DNA of 64,000 nt from a virus, in the IMG/VR virus record IMGVR_UViG_3300031251_000016, positions 2,458-66,457 of that record, one strand, 5' to 3'. Each line of letters begins with the position of its first letter. Position 1 is the first letter of the stretch. Positions 63,572-64,000 of this stretch are shown here, piece by piece. The notes beneath the pieces are model-generated. The model did not search any database. It was not told the DNA's origin and saw nothing but the letters and a program-made list of their open reading frames with translations. Position numbers and translations under genes: made by a program.

Positions 63572-64000
63572 ATGACGACGGAAGCACCTAAGAAACAATG
63601 GAAAATCGGCGACGGACGCCCCAAGGGCGCGAAGAACCGCAAGCCGAGTTTTGCGATCGAGTGGGCGTGCGACAACCTCGAAGCGGTCCTCGAGGCCTGC
63701 AAGAAGGCGGCGCTCGCAGGCGACGCGCAGGCGATCAAGGTTCTCATGGGCCTGGCCTGCCCCCCGCGGCGCGACCGGCCAATTGAGTTTGAGATGCCGA
63801 AGATCAGGACGCTTGCCGACGCCGTCGACGCGGCTGTAGCGGTCCTGCAAGCGGTCGGCGAGGGCAAGATCACGCCCCTCGAGGGTGGCAACGTGCTCGA
63901 GCTGTTCGAGCGTGCGGCGAAGATCGGGGCCGACGCGGAGCTCGAAGCGCGTCTCAAGGCGCTCGAGGACCTCCTGAAGAAGAGGGAGCAGTCGAGTGGC
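63572..64000 (+). CDS. Probable terminase small subunit (3' partial)
   Basis: Hand translation MTTEAPKKQWKIGDGRPKGAKNRK..ALAGDAQAIK..ELEARLKALE, open to the window end; would precede TerL on a circular genome. Confidence 0.65.
   Translation, partial: MTTEAPKKQWKIGDGRPKGAKNRKPSFAIEWACDNLEAVLEACKKAALAGDAQAIKVLMGLACPPRRDRPIEFEMPKIRTLADAVDAAVAVLQAVGEGKITPLEGGNVLELFERAAKIGADAELEARLKALEDLLKKREQSSG

Noticed and set aside
1-64000. Stop-codon reassignment or host chromosomal flanks
   Set aside because: Genes end at all three stop codons with dense standard-code coding; no housekeeping host genes or attL/attR junction seen

Overview
The window looks like almost the whole genome of a GC-rich temperate tailed phage (siphovirus-type tail tube, tape measure and GTA-like tail tip), probably infecting an alphaproteobacterium of the Hyphomicrobiales (inferred from the Omp25/RopB-like porin and the tail-tip genes). 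It begins inside the large terminase and ends inside a probable small terminase, so it appears circularly permuted. Gene order: intein-containing TerL; accessory genes; xis/integrase/radical SAM/attP (tRNA-Arg 3' half); portal-intein-NUDIX-MuF fusion; T5 A1-like phosphoesterase; head and tail genes; two lysins; a Pol A/SSB/helicase/Cas4-like replication module; porin; a leftward cluster of early-type genes; dCMP deaminase and methyltransferases; primase-helicase; putative origin; RHH protein; TerS. The strongest signal is endonuclease genes hidden in alternative reading frames. Both terminase inteins carry a nested gene in the -1 frame (a full HNH with three zinc fingers in one, a single zinc-finger remnant in the other), each using a Shine-Dalgarno and ATG written into the intein's own G-D/E-x-L motif. 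The C5 methyltransferase has an overprinted second subunit plus an inserted out-of-frame HNH that duplicates motif IX. Other leads: a portal polyprotein delimited by KL(A/V)K motifs, a shared C-terminal W(E/A)GL tag on four ORFs, GANTC-containing ribosome-binding sites across the early region, and signal-peptide-bearing tail-module proteins. All calls come from motif reading by eye; no searches were run.
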